Shown: positions 17,309-26,673 of the stretch, piece after piece
How positions within the stretch are numbered: position 1 is the stretch's first letter
How the letters are laid out: the number at the start of each line of letters is the position of its first letter
Assembly: GCA_018830005.1 (NCBI GenBank)
Contig: JAHJTE010000003.1
Coordinates: forward strand, 199,674 to 263,673
Source of the DNA: Candidatus Omnitrophota bacterium
GTDB taxonomy: Bacteria > Omnitrophota > Gorgyraeia > JAHJTE01
Direction: 5' to 3'
DNA: 64,000 bases
The notes under the pieces: generated by a model
The model's database searches: none
What the model saw: the letters and a program-made list of their open reading frames with translations, nothing else
What the model was told of the DNA's origin: nothing
Position numbers and translations under genes: made by a program

Positions 17309-18571
17309 TTAAAACTGCTTTTTAAACTTTAATAATAGTTTGTCGTCTGCTTGTGGCCCTTCCTCTTCTTTGGTAGATTCATTATATTTTGTTTCTCTTT
17401 CTCCTTCAACGGAAATACTCTCAGTTATTTTTTGACCTACACCTATTTTATGCGTTGTGTCTGCGCCTTCATCTCCCTCTTGAGTCTGTTCGATTCCATA
17501 ACTTACTTCTGTATTACCAGACACCTGTTTTGTGATTCCGATTCCTTTTGTTTTGCCATCAAATTTTACTGATATGCCAAATTGATTCGCTATTTTATTT
17601 CCGGCACCACCAAAGACAAGATAATCTATTAAATCACCTGCCAATTCAGGCGTTACTCTGCCTTCTGCTATGGCTGTCTCAGAACTCTTCCAACTCTTTC
17701 CCGTTGCCAACATAACTAACAGTTGTGCCTGCGACTTAGGCGGTTCTGATGCTAGCCTTATCTGGGGCTTCTCAATCGCCCCCCTCAATACTACTTGAAT
17801 CTTAACGCCTTCTACTACTGAATTGCCTTTAAAATCGATTACTGGCTTATTGGGTTTGCCTGAAAATAATATTTTACAGTAGGTTATATTCATAGTCGTG
17901 CTCCGTGCTGAAATCAGGCCCTGTTGGAGATTTAATTCTCCATTGAGTTTAATATTATTTTCAATATCTTTAATGCTTATGTTGAAAGCGCTAGGGCAAT
18001 TTAACAACGAGAAACCATCTCGCGAAAGCCTATCAATATGAAAGTGGCCGCTAAACTGCGGCTGTAAAAATGAACCTTTTATATAAACATCCAATTCGCT
18101 TATTGAACCTGATATATTTTCTAAGGCTTTATCTTTAACAAATAAATCAAGGGTCTGGCGAACGCCTAGATATTTAGAATATGCATTAATATCAAATAGG
18201 CCGTTTTTATACTCTCCATTAAAAAGCGTTGCCTCTGAATCAGGCAATCTTAGCCTCCCATTAAATATATCTACATATAACCCTGATAGATTAAAAGGGT
18301 TTATACTGAATTGGAGCTTTTGTATTTTAAGGGTACTGCCTTCAGGCAAATATTTTAAATCTTTAATTTCCACCTCATGAAAGTATAAGCCTTTAATTAA
18401 CGTCCCTTCTATTCTTTCGAAATTGACAGCTTTTGCTTGCAAATAGTGTCTTAGAAAAAAATTCACTATAAATGCCGAAGCCTTAGTTGTAAATAATAAC
18501 CAAAAGGTAAGCAGAAGAAAGGTTAAAATAAGAAAAATAATGCAAATAGATAGAGTTTTCTTAGTGGGCAT
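17309..18571 (-). CDS. Short TamB/AsmA-like intermembrane protein
   Basis: N-terminal TM anchor, beta-rich body, DUF490-like F.G.P..P...G....P...L.SEP......L..L.TG segment, terminal F. Confidence 0.7.
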   Translation of the reverse strand: MPTKKTLSICIIFLILTFLLLTFWLLFTTKASAFIVNFFLRHYLQAKAVNFERIEGTLIKGLYFHEVEIKDLKYLPEGSTLKIQKLQFSINPFNLSGLYVDIFNGRLRLPDSEATLFNGEYKNGLFDINAYSKYLGVRQTLDLFVKDKALENISGSISELDVYIKGSFLQPQFSGHFHIDRLSRDGFSLLNCPSAFNISIKDIENNIKLNGELNLQQGLISARSTTMNITYCKILFSGKPNKPVIDFKGNSVVEGVKIQVVLRGAIEKPQIRLASEPPKSQAQLLVMLATGKSWKSSETAIAEGRVTPELAGDLIDYLVFGGAGNKIANQFGISVKFDGKTKGIGITKQVSGNTEVSYGIEQTQEGDEGADTTHKIGVGQKITESISVEGERETKYNESTKEEEGPQADDKLLLKFKKQF

Positions 18572-18597
18572 GTATTAAAAATTAATCTTGGGCTAGA

Positions 18598-19662
18598 TTA
18601 TAACCACTTTTTTCTTTTAAAGTAAATTAACATGTAAGCGCCGCTTAAAAACATAACAGCTAATACGCCAAAATATCCCCATCTCCAACTTAACTCTGGC
18701 ATATATTGAAAATTCATTCCATAAACTCCGGCAATAAAAGTAATTGGAATAAATATAGTGGCGATAATAGTCAGGACCTTCATTACCTCATTCATTTTAT
18801 TACTCACGCTTGATAAATAAATATCCAGCATGCTTGAGCTCATATCTCTGAATGTTTCTATTACATCAATAACCTGAATTGCATGGTCATATACATCCCT
18901 TAAAAAAACGCCAGTCTGCTTTTTAATTAGTTTAGACTCTGTCCTTTCCAATCTGTTAACCACTTCCCTTAAAGGAAAAATTGATTTACGCAAGAATATG
19001 ACATCGCTTTTTAAATCGTGAATTGCCTGCAAGGTCTTAGGTACGGGGTTAGTCAACGCCCTGCCTTCCATTGACTCAATATTTTCGCCTATTCTCTCTA
19101 AGATAGCATAATAGCCATCAACTACTGCATCAAGTAAGCTATAAGCAAGGTAATCTGCGCCCATCTTGCGTATACGCCCCTTGGCATGACGTATCCTTTC
19201 CCTTATTTGGTTGAAACAATCCCCCTCTTTCTCCTGAAAAGAAATTACAAAGTTGGTTCCGACAATTAAACTTACTTGTTCTGCCCTTATATCTTTGTCT
19301 TTTTCGTCGACATAAAGCATCTTTAATACAATGAATATATAATTATCAAAGTCTTCTAGTTTTGGACGCTGACCAGTATTTACGATATCCTCTAAAGTAA
19401 GAGGGTGCAGCTGAAAGCACTCTCCGATTTTCTCTATAACATCAATCCTATGTATTCCATCTATATTAATCCAAGTGACTGTAGGAGTGTCCTTAAAAGA
19501 AAAGCATTCTTGCGCTTCCTTGGCCACCTTCTCTTGAAACTGTGTCTCGCTATAGTCAATAACTGTAATTTTCACTTCTCCTTCCCTCTTATCGCCTATA
19601 TGAACTAAAGTCCCTGGCGCAAGACCGGCGGCTTTTGACAATTTCTTAATAAGTTTTGGCAT
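18598..19662 (-). CDS. corA: Magnesium/cobalt transporter CorA
   Basis: LHPLTLED, QRPK, NEVMKVLT, YGMNF..MPEL. Confidence 0.95.
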   Translation of the reverse strand: MPKLIKKLSKAAGLAPGTLVHIGDKREGEVKITVIDYSETQFQEKVAKEAQECFSFKDTPTVTWINIDGIHRIDVIEKIGECFQLHPLTLEDIVNTGQRPKLEDFDNYIFIVLKMLYVDEKDKDIRAEQVSLIVGTNFVISFQEKEGDCFNQIRERIRHAKGRIRKMGADYLAYSLLDAVVDGYYAILERIGENIESMEGRALTNPVPKTLQAIHDLKSDVIFLRKSIFPLREVVNRLERTESKLIKKQTGVFLRDVYDHAIQVIDVIETFRDMSSSMLDIYLSSVSNKMNEVMKVLTIIATIFIPITFIAGVYGMNFQYMPELSWRWGYFGVLAVMFLSGAYMLIYFKRKKWL

Positions 19663-19978
19663 TTTTATCCCCTCTTTAAATATTTATAGAAACACTACTA
19701 TTCCTCTTTTCATTCTCTGTCTCCCTGTTTTTTTAATTATACTCCTGAAATGGGTAGTTAGAAAGGTGAAAATTTGGTGTCTATAAAAATGGTCGTTAAT
19801 TGGACACAAGAAACAATTAATTTCGCAATGGTATTTGTAACTACTTGGAAAGCAATGAATCAGGAGTGGTAAAAGATAATAATTTATTGGTGGCGGCGTC
19901 GTTTCGGTTTGCTCGGCTTGTCGCCTCGCGAAAGCCTCCACGGCATCCGTTAAATTTTTGCTTGTCGTAAAAATTTAA

Positions 19979-20065
19979 CGGAGAGGGAGGGATTCGAACC
20001 CCCGGTGGACTTACGCCCACAACAGTTTTCAAGACTGCCGCTTTCGACCGCTCAGCCACCTCTCC
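19979..20065 (-). tRNA. tRNA-Ser(TGA)
   Basis: Anticodon arm GCAGT-CTTGAAA-ACTGT, long variable arm, GGTTCGAATCCCTCCCTCTCCG. Confidence 0.96.
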
Positions 20066-20123
20066 AAAAATTTCTAAGAAATTCTTTAACTTCCCATCTC
20101 TTAAATAAGATGGAAGATCTATA

Positions 20124-20771
20124 CTAAGCAAATAATTGCCTGAATATATTCTGATATATTACTAAAGATCCACTGCCGGCCTGACTTAAAAATTCTAAAA
20201 ACGAGAATTTATCAAACATGAAATGCAGGCCTGCAGCGAGCATCAAGATATTAACCAAATAGATAATCGTGAAACCAAAAAAGTAATTCGCTCTGGCTAG
20301 GCCTACTTCCTTATCGCGTAATTCTTCCGCTGTTATTACAAGATGGAAAGTCAGACTAGAAGAGATAAAGAATAAAAATATATTAGCCCCTGGATTAAGA
20401 CTAAAAGCGAGCTTTAGAATAAGAAAACAGCTAATAACAAGTATAGAATAAATTGGCAAAAGATATGGGGCCACTTTTACCAGGGGTGAAAAAAAACCGA
20501 ATAGAAACCGCAATATCAACTGTCCTCTTCTATAGAATGAAATGGGCCTGTAAATGAAAAAATGTAAAATAATATAAGAGATAATCCCATAGAAAAAACA
20601 TTGCGAAGAATTTCCGCCTAAAGAAGAAAGCCTATCCCGAAAAGAAACTGTTAGAGAAATAATCAATGGAATAGAAACAAAGGCTAGTGTCAGCTTTAAT
20701 ATAAGAGCACTAAGGCGAGAAAAGGCCCGGGTTTGAGCCGTTACTTTATTTGCTAATTCTTGTCTTCCCAT
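20124..20771 (-). CDS. Hypothetical multi-pass membrane protein
   Basis: About 5 TM segments, APYLLP..S and FH motifs; overlaps the serS stop. Confidence 0.6.
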   Translation of the reverse strand: MGRQELANKVTAQTRAFSRLSALILKLTLAFVSIPLIISLTVSFRDRLSSLGGNSSQCFFYGIISYIILHFFIYRPISFYRRGQLILRFLFGFFSPLVKVAPYLLPIYSILVISCFLILKLAFSLNPGANIFLFFISSSLTFHLVITAEELRDKEVGLARANYFFGFTIIYLVNILMLAAGLHFMFDKFSFLEFLSQAGSGSLVIYQNIFRQLFA

Positions 20772-22017
20772 CCATATAAGGGATTAAGGCTTCCGGAATC
20801 TTGATTGAGCCGTCAGCCTGCTGGTAATTTTCTAAAATTGCAATCATTGTCCTGGCTGTGGCAATACCAGAGCCATTGAGAGTGTGTACATAGGATAACT
20901 TCTTATCAGAGGTCCGTCTATACTGAATATTGGCTCTCCTGGCCTGAAAATCTGTAAAATTAGAACAACTTGATACCTCTAAGTATGTATCGCTCCCCTT
21001 TGCATAGGCCTCAAGATCATAGCATTTAGTTGCGGCAAAGCTTAAATCCTGTGTTGAAAGCAAGACCAATCTATAAGGTAGGCCTAATAATTGCAAGACC
21101 TTCTCTGCATCAAGAACCAGTTTTTCTAGCTCACCGTAAGAATCTTCTGGCTTTACAAATTTGACCATTTCTACCTTATTGAATTGATGAACGCGTGTAA
21201 GCCCTTTTGTATCTTTGCCGTATGAACCTGCCTCGCGCCGGAAACAAGCAGTGTAAGCTGTATAATAAATCGGTAAATCAGCCTCTTTCAACACCTCATC
21301 TCTATGCATGTTTGTAACCGGTACTTCTGCCGTAGGGATAAGGAATAAATCATCATCTTTTAGATGATACATATCTTCTTCTAATTTTGGAAGCTGGCCT
21401 GTGCCAGTCATTGCAGCCCGGTTAACAAGAAATGGCGGAAAAATTTCAGTGTAGCCGCCTTCCTTAGTGTGTAAATCAAGCATAAAATTAATCAGGGCAC
21501 GTTCAAGCCTTGCGCCATCCTTTTTATAGAGGATAAAGTTTGAACCGGAAATCTTTGCTGCTCGATTAAAATCAATAATATCCAGATGCTCAACAATTTG
21601 CAAATGAGTCAATGGCTTAAAATCAAATTTTTCGATCTTACCCCAGCTGCGAACAACCTTATTCTTCTTGGCATCTCCAACAGGCAAGGATTCATGGGGG
21701 ATATTGGGGACATTTAAAAGTAGCCCTTTTAATTTACCATTAATCTCTCTTGTCTGCGCCTCTAATTTGCTAATCTCTTCTGCTACGACCTTCATTTTTT
21801 TAATTTTTCCCTTGGGGTCTTTCTTTTGTTTCAAAAGAGCTGTTATCTCATTATTTGCTTCATTTTTTTTCTGACGCAAACTATCGAGTTTTTGTATTCT
21901 ATCCCTGCGTGTCTCATCCGCTTTAAGCAAAACATCAATATCTAGCTTCATGCCGCGATTTTTTATCGCCTTTTTAATTATGTCTGGATTACTTCTGATA
22001 AATTTTATATCTAACAT
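20746..22017 (-). CDS. serS: Serine--tRNA ligase
   Basis: MLDIK start, [36 protein letters not shown]. Confidence 0.98.
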   Translation of the reverse strand: MLDIKFIRSNPDIIKKAIKNRGMKLDIDVLLKADETRRDRIQKLDSLRQKKNEANNEITALLKQKKDPKGKIKKMKVVAEEISKLEAQTREINGKLKGLLLNVPNIPHESLPVGDAKKNKVVRSWGKIEKFDFKPLTHLQIVEHLDIIDFNRAAKISGSNFILYKKDGARLERALINFMLDLHTKEGGYTEIFPPFLVNRAAMTGTGQLPKLEEDMYHLKDDDLFLIPTAEVPVTNMHRDEVLKEADLPIYYTAYTACFRREAGSYGKDTKGLTRVHQFNKVEMVKFVKPEDSYGELEKLVLDAEKVLQLLGLPYRLVLLSTQDLSFAATKCYDLEAYAKGSDTYLEVSSCSNFTDFQARRANIQYRRTSDKKLSYVHTLNGSGIATARTMIAILENYQQADGSIKIPEALIPYMDGKTRISK

Positions 22018-22019
22018 TT

Positions 22020-23483
22020 TTACCCCTTTATAACGCCTAACGGCCGCATTCTGCATACCTTCTTGGCAATGCCAGCCCTATGCACTACATCTACAACATC
22101 ATTAACATCTTTATATGCTCCCGGCGCCTCTTCTGCAATTGTGCCGCGACTGGAAGCCATTACAACAATGCCTTTTTTCTTTAACTCCTGAACCAATTCA
22201 GAAGCATTATAATTCCTTTTTGCCTCATGCCTGCTTTTAAGACGGCCAGCCCCGTGACATGAACTGCCAAATGTTTCGTCCATTGCCTTCGCCGTACCAA
22301 CCAACAAGTATGAATTCCTGCCCATGTCTCCTGGGATTATAACTGGCTGACCCATGTCTTTATAATCACTGGTTAATGCAGGATGACCTGGCCCAAAGGC
22401 ACGCGTTGCTCCTTTTCGATGAACGCAGAGTTCCCTATCTTTACCATTAACCTTATGGGTTTCAATCTTAGCAATATTGTGGGCAACATCATAGATTAAG
22501 TTCATGCCCATCGAAGCATATGACTTATTAAACACTCTTTCAAATACCCCTCGCGCCAAATACATAAGGCACTGCCTGTTTGCCCAAGCGTAATTTGCCG
22601 CACATTTCATAGCTGCCAAGTATGACCTTCCTTCCACAGAATTAACCGGTGCACAAACTAGTTGTCTATCAGGAACTTTTATATTGTATTTGTTTAACGC
22701 GGGCATTAATCTCTTTATGTAATCATCACAGACCTGATAGCCAAAACCACGTGAGCCAGAATGAATCATTAAAGTAATCTGGCCCTTAAAGAGATTTAGT
22801 CTATTAGCTATTGTATCATCATAAATCTCATCAATCATCTGGATTTCCATAAAATGATTTCCAGAGCCCAAAGTACCGGACTGTGCCTTACCTCTTTCAA
22901 AGGCCCTCTCTGAAATCATATCCGGATCAGCGCCAGTCATCTCGCCTCTTTCCTCTGTGTGAGCTAAATCCTCATCGCTGCCAAATCCCTCCTCCACTGC
23001 CCAGCGCGCACCCTTAACTAGAATCTGCCTTTCCTCTCTTTGGCTGACTCGAATCTGACCTTTTGAACCAACCCCAGAAGGTACATTTTGGAAAAGAGCA
23101 ATTACTAACGTCTCTAATTTACTTTTTATATCTTCAAAAGTGAAATTTGAGCGCAATAATCTGACGCCGCAGTTGATGTCAAAACCTACGCCGCCAGGCG
23201 AAATAACTCCATCTGCCTCAATATCTGTCGCTGCTACACCGCCAATTGGAAACCCATATCCCCAGTGGATATCAGGCATAGCAAGTGAGGCCTTAACAAT
23301 CCCCGGCAGAAAGGCAACGTTAGCAACCTGTTCTGCTGCCTGATCATTGCGAATATCTTTGATTAGCTTTTCATCAGCATAAATAATGCCCGGCACACGC
23401 ATACCAAACTTATAACTCTTTGGTATACGCCAGCAGTAATCATCAATTTTTTCTATCGGGCCTTGCCAGGTTTTGCCACCCAT
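22020..23483 (-). CDS. rtcB: RNA ligase RtcB (long, archaeal-like type)
   Basis: [41 protein letters not shown] and CHGAGR all intact. Confidence 0.97.
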   Translation of the reverse strand: MGGKTWQGPIEKIDDYCWRIPKSYKFGMRVPGIIYADEKLIKDIRNDQAAEQVANVAFLPGIVKASLAMPDIHWGYGFPIGGVAATDIEADGVISPGGVGFDINCGVRLLRSNFTFEDIKSKLETLVIALFQNVPSGVGSKGQIRVSQREERQILVKGARWAVEEGFGSDEDLAHTEERGEMTGADPDMISERAFERGKAQSGTLGSGNHFMEIQMIDEIYDDTIANRLNLFKGQITLMIHSGSRGFGYQVCDDYIKRLMPALNKYNIKVPDRQLVCAPVNSVEGRSYLAAMKCAANYAWANRQCLMYLARGVFERVFNKSYASMGMNLIYDVAHNIAKIETHKVNGKDRELCVHRKGATRAFGPGHPALTSDYKDMGQPVIIPGDMGRNSYLLVGTAKAMDETFGSSCHGAGRLKSRHEAKRNYNASELVQELKKKGIVVMASSRGTIAEEAPGAYKDVNDVVDVVHRAGIAKKVCRMRPLGVIKG

Positions 23484-23493
23484 AAGCTATTCT

Positions 23494-23910
23494 TTATATG
23501 TCAAAAATCAGCTGCGCCTGCCAACAATTATCTTTTTTAACTACTTCCAGCATATGATAGGTAACTGCTTTAATTTCAGTCTCTATCGAATAATTTCCTA
23601 AATCGGTTCCGACAGCAACAGCCTTTATATGCCTTTGGTCTAATTCTTCTATATTAAATGTTTCAAAAACTATATTCTTGATAGAGGATAAGAATAACAA
23701 CTCTCCCAACCACTCAACTAAAAGATCCTCAACGCTCTCTGCTTGCTTCTCTATCTCAAATTTTTGGCTTTTGCCTGTCGAGTCTCGTTTCTTACCAACT
23801 ATAATATCAAACATCCCAACTGCAGCATTGGAAAATAACCCTTTCAGGTCTTCTCCATATGCCTTAATGCCAATATCAGCAGTGTGCTCGATAATTTCGT
23901 ATTTTTTCAC
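23494..23910 (-). CDS. Archease (RtcB activator)
   Basis: EHTADIG at N-terminus; IKAVTYH and terminal FDI. Confidence 0.95.
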   Translation of the reverse strand: MKKYEIIEHTADIGIKAYGEDLKGLFSNAAVGMFDIIVGKKRDSTGKSQKFEIEKQAESVEDLLVEWLGELLFLSSIKNIVFETFNIEELDQRHIKAVAVGTDLGNYSIETEIKAVTYHMLEVVKKDNCWQAQLIFDI

Positions 23911-24011
23911 TTTCTTTGCCCCTCGCCTAAACGCTTGTAAATTTTTGACGCTTTGCGTCTAACATTGATTAGGTAGGCTTCGGGATGATTTTTCGCTTTG
24001 CAAAAAATCTA

Positions 24012-24084
24012 TGGGCCACGAAGGAGTCGAACCTTCGACCTTGACATTAAGAGTGTCCTGCTCTACCGATTGAGCTAGTGGCCC
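24012..24084 (-). tRNA. tRNA-Lys(CTT)
   Basis: GGGCCACTAGCTCAATCGGTAGAGC; anticodon loop CTCTTAA; GGTTCGACTCC. Confidence 0.95.
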
Positions 24085-24093
24085 ATTTGCAAT

Positions 24094-24122
24094 ATTATAA
24101 ACTAATTATCTAAAACTATCAA
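24094..24122 (-). promoter_or_regulatory. Sigma70 promoter upstream of tRNA-Lys-archease-rtcB-serS
   Basis: TTGATA-N17-TATAAT ending 9 nt before tRNA-Lys. Confidence 0.7.
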
Positions 24123-24137
24123 CGCTTTAACTTACAA

Positions 24138-24608
24138 CTACTTCTTTATTTTCAAGCTAGACGCCTTACCTATCCTCTCCTGCAAGAACCCCATAGGACA
24201 TATTGCACACCAGCCTCTATGCCTTGTTATAATACCTAGGATAATTGCAATAACGGTTGTCAACAAACACATCAAAACAAAGACCGAGCCAATAAGAATT
24301 GGATTTTGGCCTGCGCGAATGAGACGAAATATCAGAAAACTCATAAACAAGATAAACAAAGAATAACGAAACCACTGCTTCAGGAATATCTTAGGCAAAG
24401 GTCTTTTTAGGCTAATCTTGGATAGAACAATATCCAAAAAAGCTCCCCGCGGGCATAGATTCCAGCACCAGTAACGGCCTTTAAAAAAGGATAACGTAAG
24501 AAAAAATACCATCATCGCAACAACAAGATAGCCCAGGATAGGAACAAATAGTCCTCCTATTACGATAAGCGGCAAAAACCACATCATTATCCACTGGCTC
24601 TTTTTCAT
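24138..24608 (-). CDS. NapH/MauN-like membrane protein (4Fe-4S binding domain family)
   Basis: Two C-x3-CP-x-G motifs (GRYWCWNLCPRG, WCAICPMG) with TM helices. Confidence 0.75.
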   Translation of the reverse strand: MKKSQWIMMWFLPLIVIGGLFVPILGYLVVAMMVFFLTLSFFKGRYWCWNLCPRGAFLDIVLSKISLKRPLPKIFLKQWFRYSLFILFMSFLIFRLIRAGQNPILIGSVFVLMCLLTTVIAIILGIITRHRGWCAICPMGFLQERIGKASSLKIKK

Positions 24609-24646
24609 ATAAACTGCGCTCCTTGCATGAAAAAATCTCTGTCTTT

Positions 24647-24871
24647 CTAGTTGCTGCTCATTACTTTTACTATTGCTGTGGCGATTATAGCCAATATTGC
24701 GGCAATAAAGAGAATAATGGTCTTGTATTTAGTCCAGCGCTTGCGGCTTGCCTCATAGCCTGCGCCGTATACATTCTCGGGCCTATTGCAGCCTACGCGC
24801 CATCCTACAATCAGATTAAGGCTATAAGCAATGATAAAGTATAGAACGCAAAATAAAATAAAGATTTTCAT
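24647..24871 (-). CDS. Small 2-TM hypothetical protein
   Basis: Two hydrophobic helices; same strand as neighbours. Confidence 0.45.
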   Translation of the reverse strand: MKIFILFCVLYFIIAYSLNLIVGWRVGCNRPENVYGAGYEASRKRWTKYKTIILFIAAILAIIATAIVKVMSSN

Positions 24872-24888
24872 TGTTTAGCTATCAACAA

Positions 24889-24962
24889 CGCGCCTGGCAG
24901 GACTTGAACCTGCAACGCTCAGTTCCGAAGACTGACGCTCTATCCAATTGAGCTACAGGCGC
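24889..24962 (-). tRNA. tRNA-Arg(TCG)
   Basis: GCGCCTGTAGCTCAATTGGATAGAGC; anticodon arm TCAGT-CTTCGGA-ACTGA; GGTTCAAGTCC. Confidence 0.95.
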
Positions 24963-24999
24963 ATTTCCTCATTACTTATAACACACTAAGGCCAAAAAC

Positions 25000-25043
25000 C
25001 TCAAAATTAAAGGAATAGGCCTCTGTCTGGAAACCTATTCCTT
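25000..25043 (-). terminator. Rho-independent terminator after lpxI
   Basis: AAGGAATAGG...CCTATTCCTT stem followed by a U-rich tract. Confidence 0.7.
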
Positions 25044-25076
25044 AATTATAAGCTGAAATTTAATAAAATTAAAGAA

Positions 25077-25892
25077 TTAAACTGCAGTTATTGCTATATT
25101 AAATCTATTGGCTAAATTGACTGCCTTTTCGCTTTCGATGACAACGGTCCTGCCTGCCTCAATCCCTATTGCAGTCGCACCAACAGCCTTCATAAGTTTT
25201 ATTGTTTCAGGCCCTATAACAGGGACATCAAAACGCATATCCTGATTCGGCCTGCTTACCTTTACTACAACTGTACCCTTGCCAACTAATCTAGCAGCAC
25301 GCCTTATTGTAGCGTTGGTCCCTTCAAAGGCCTCAACAGCAATAATACACTTGTCCTTAATAACAACGCTCTGGCCTATATCTAAACCTGCGATCCTCTT
25401 TGCAATATCTAATCCAAAATTAATATCATCTGATTCTTCTCTTGAAGGATTCCTTGCAGTCAAGACTCCTTTTTGAGGCAAATCTTTCTCATTCAAAAAA
25501 GAGGTTGAATCTATCAACTCTATTGACTGCCTAGAGAGTAAATCCGCAATAGCAGAAAATATAGTATCTGCCTTCTTATTGGAGATATTAGCTAACAGAT
25601 GCCTTAACTCCTCGTCCCAGTTAATCCTTTTATCAAAAAGTCGACGTGGACTAATCTGACCTGCCATGACAGCGCGATTTATGCCTTTTGATTTAAAGAA
25701 CTTTACCATTTTCTTAAATTGCCCGACCTCGACCCAAAGCATATCATCAACTATTGTCTTTAATCCTGGCTTTGTCTCCCCTTTAACTGCCGCAGCAAAG
25801 ACTTTATAGCCCTTAGTCTTGGCAGCAGAGGAAAACATTAAAGGGAATGCTCCGTTTCCAGCAATTAAACCAATCGAGCCTTCTATCGACAT
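25077..25892 (-). CDS. lpxI: UDP-2,3-diacylglucosamine pyrophosphatase LpxI
   Basis: GLIAG.G.FP, DIGQ, AVEAFEGT, QDMRFDVP.IG; follows lpxA. Confidence 0.92.
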   Translation of the reverse strand: MSIEGSIGLIAGNGAFPLMFSSAAKTKGYKVFAAAVKGETKPGLKTIVDDMLWVEVGQFKKMVKFFKSKGINRAVMAGQISPRRLFDKRINWDEELRHLLANISNKKADTIFSAIADLLSRQSIELIDSTSFLNEKDLPQKGVLTARNPSREESDDINFGLDIAKRIAGLDIGQSVVIKDKCIIAVEAFEGTNATIRRAARLVGKGTVVVKVSRPNQDMRFDVPVIGPETIKLMKAVGATAIGIEAGRTVVIESEKAVNLANRFNIAITAV

Positions 25893-26653
25893 ACGCCTCT
25901 TTTAGAGTTTTTTATGAAATCAATAAGATAGGATATACTCTGACTAACGCGAATTTGAGCCTTAACTTTTTCGATGGCATGAGGAAAGCTTAATTTTGAC
26001 ATGAACAGTATCTTGAACGACTTTTTTAACTGCATAATTTCTTCCTGACTAACTCCGTTCCTCTTAAGGCCGACCATATTTATTCCGTAGACGCGGGTAG
26101 GATGACCATCGCAGGTTGAGAAAGGAGGAATATCCTGAACAACTTTTGAACAACCGCCAATTATAGATAGCCTTCCAACTGTAACGAACTGATGTACAGC
26201 AACAAGGCCGCCAATAACAGCCTTATCTTGAATAGTGACATGACCTGCTAACGTTCCGCAATTAGCAATAATACATTCATCACCTACGATACAATCGTGG
26301 GCAACATGAGAATAAGCCATAAGCAGATTATTCTTACCGATAACTGTCTTGGAACCGCTTTCCGTGCCCAAATTAACAGTGACATATTCGCGAAATATAT
26401 TATTCTCACCAATCTCTAAGTAGGTCTTCTCTCCCTGATATTTTAAATCCTGAGGGATACTGCCTAAACAAGCACCAGTAAATATCTTGCAATTTTTGCC
26501 AATGCTCGTATGACCTTCAATAACAGCATGCGCCCCGATTCTGCTACCGCTTGCAATTTTAACATCAGGACCAATAAAGCAATAAGGGCCGATTTCAACA
26601 TCATCGGTCAATTGTGCCTGTTTATCGACTATTGCTGTTTTATGAATGTCCAT
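25883..26653 (-). CDS. lpxA: UDP-N-acetylglucosamine acyltransferase
   Basis: Hexapeptide repeats, PQDLKY, HVAHDC. Confidence 0.97.
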   Translation of the reverse strand: MDIHKTAIVDKQAQLTDDVEIGPYCFIGPDVKIASGSRIGAHAVIEGHTSIGKNCKIFTGACLGSIPQDLKYQGEKTYLEIGENNIFREYVTVNLGTESGSKTVIGKNNLLMAYSHVAHDCIVGDECIIANCGTLAGHVTIQDKAVIGGLVAVHQFVTVGRLSIIGGCSKVVQDIPPFSTCDGHPTRVYGINMVGLKRNGVSQEEIMQLKKSFKILFMSKLSFPHAIEKVKAQIRVSQSISYLIDFIKNSKRGVCR

Positions 26654-26673
26654 GTTGATTCCTATCTATAATT

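Noticed and set aside
19663-19880. M-box (ykoK) riboswitch before corA
   Set aside because: The leader is AT-rich and lacks the conserved M-box sequence blocks.
19684-20131. Minus-strand ORFs 19684..19941 and 19841..20131
   Set aside because: They overlap tRNA-Ser(TGA) and the GC-rich hairpin and lack protein-like features; only the last nine codons have an SD and are reported separately.
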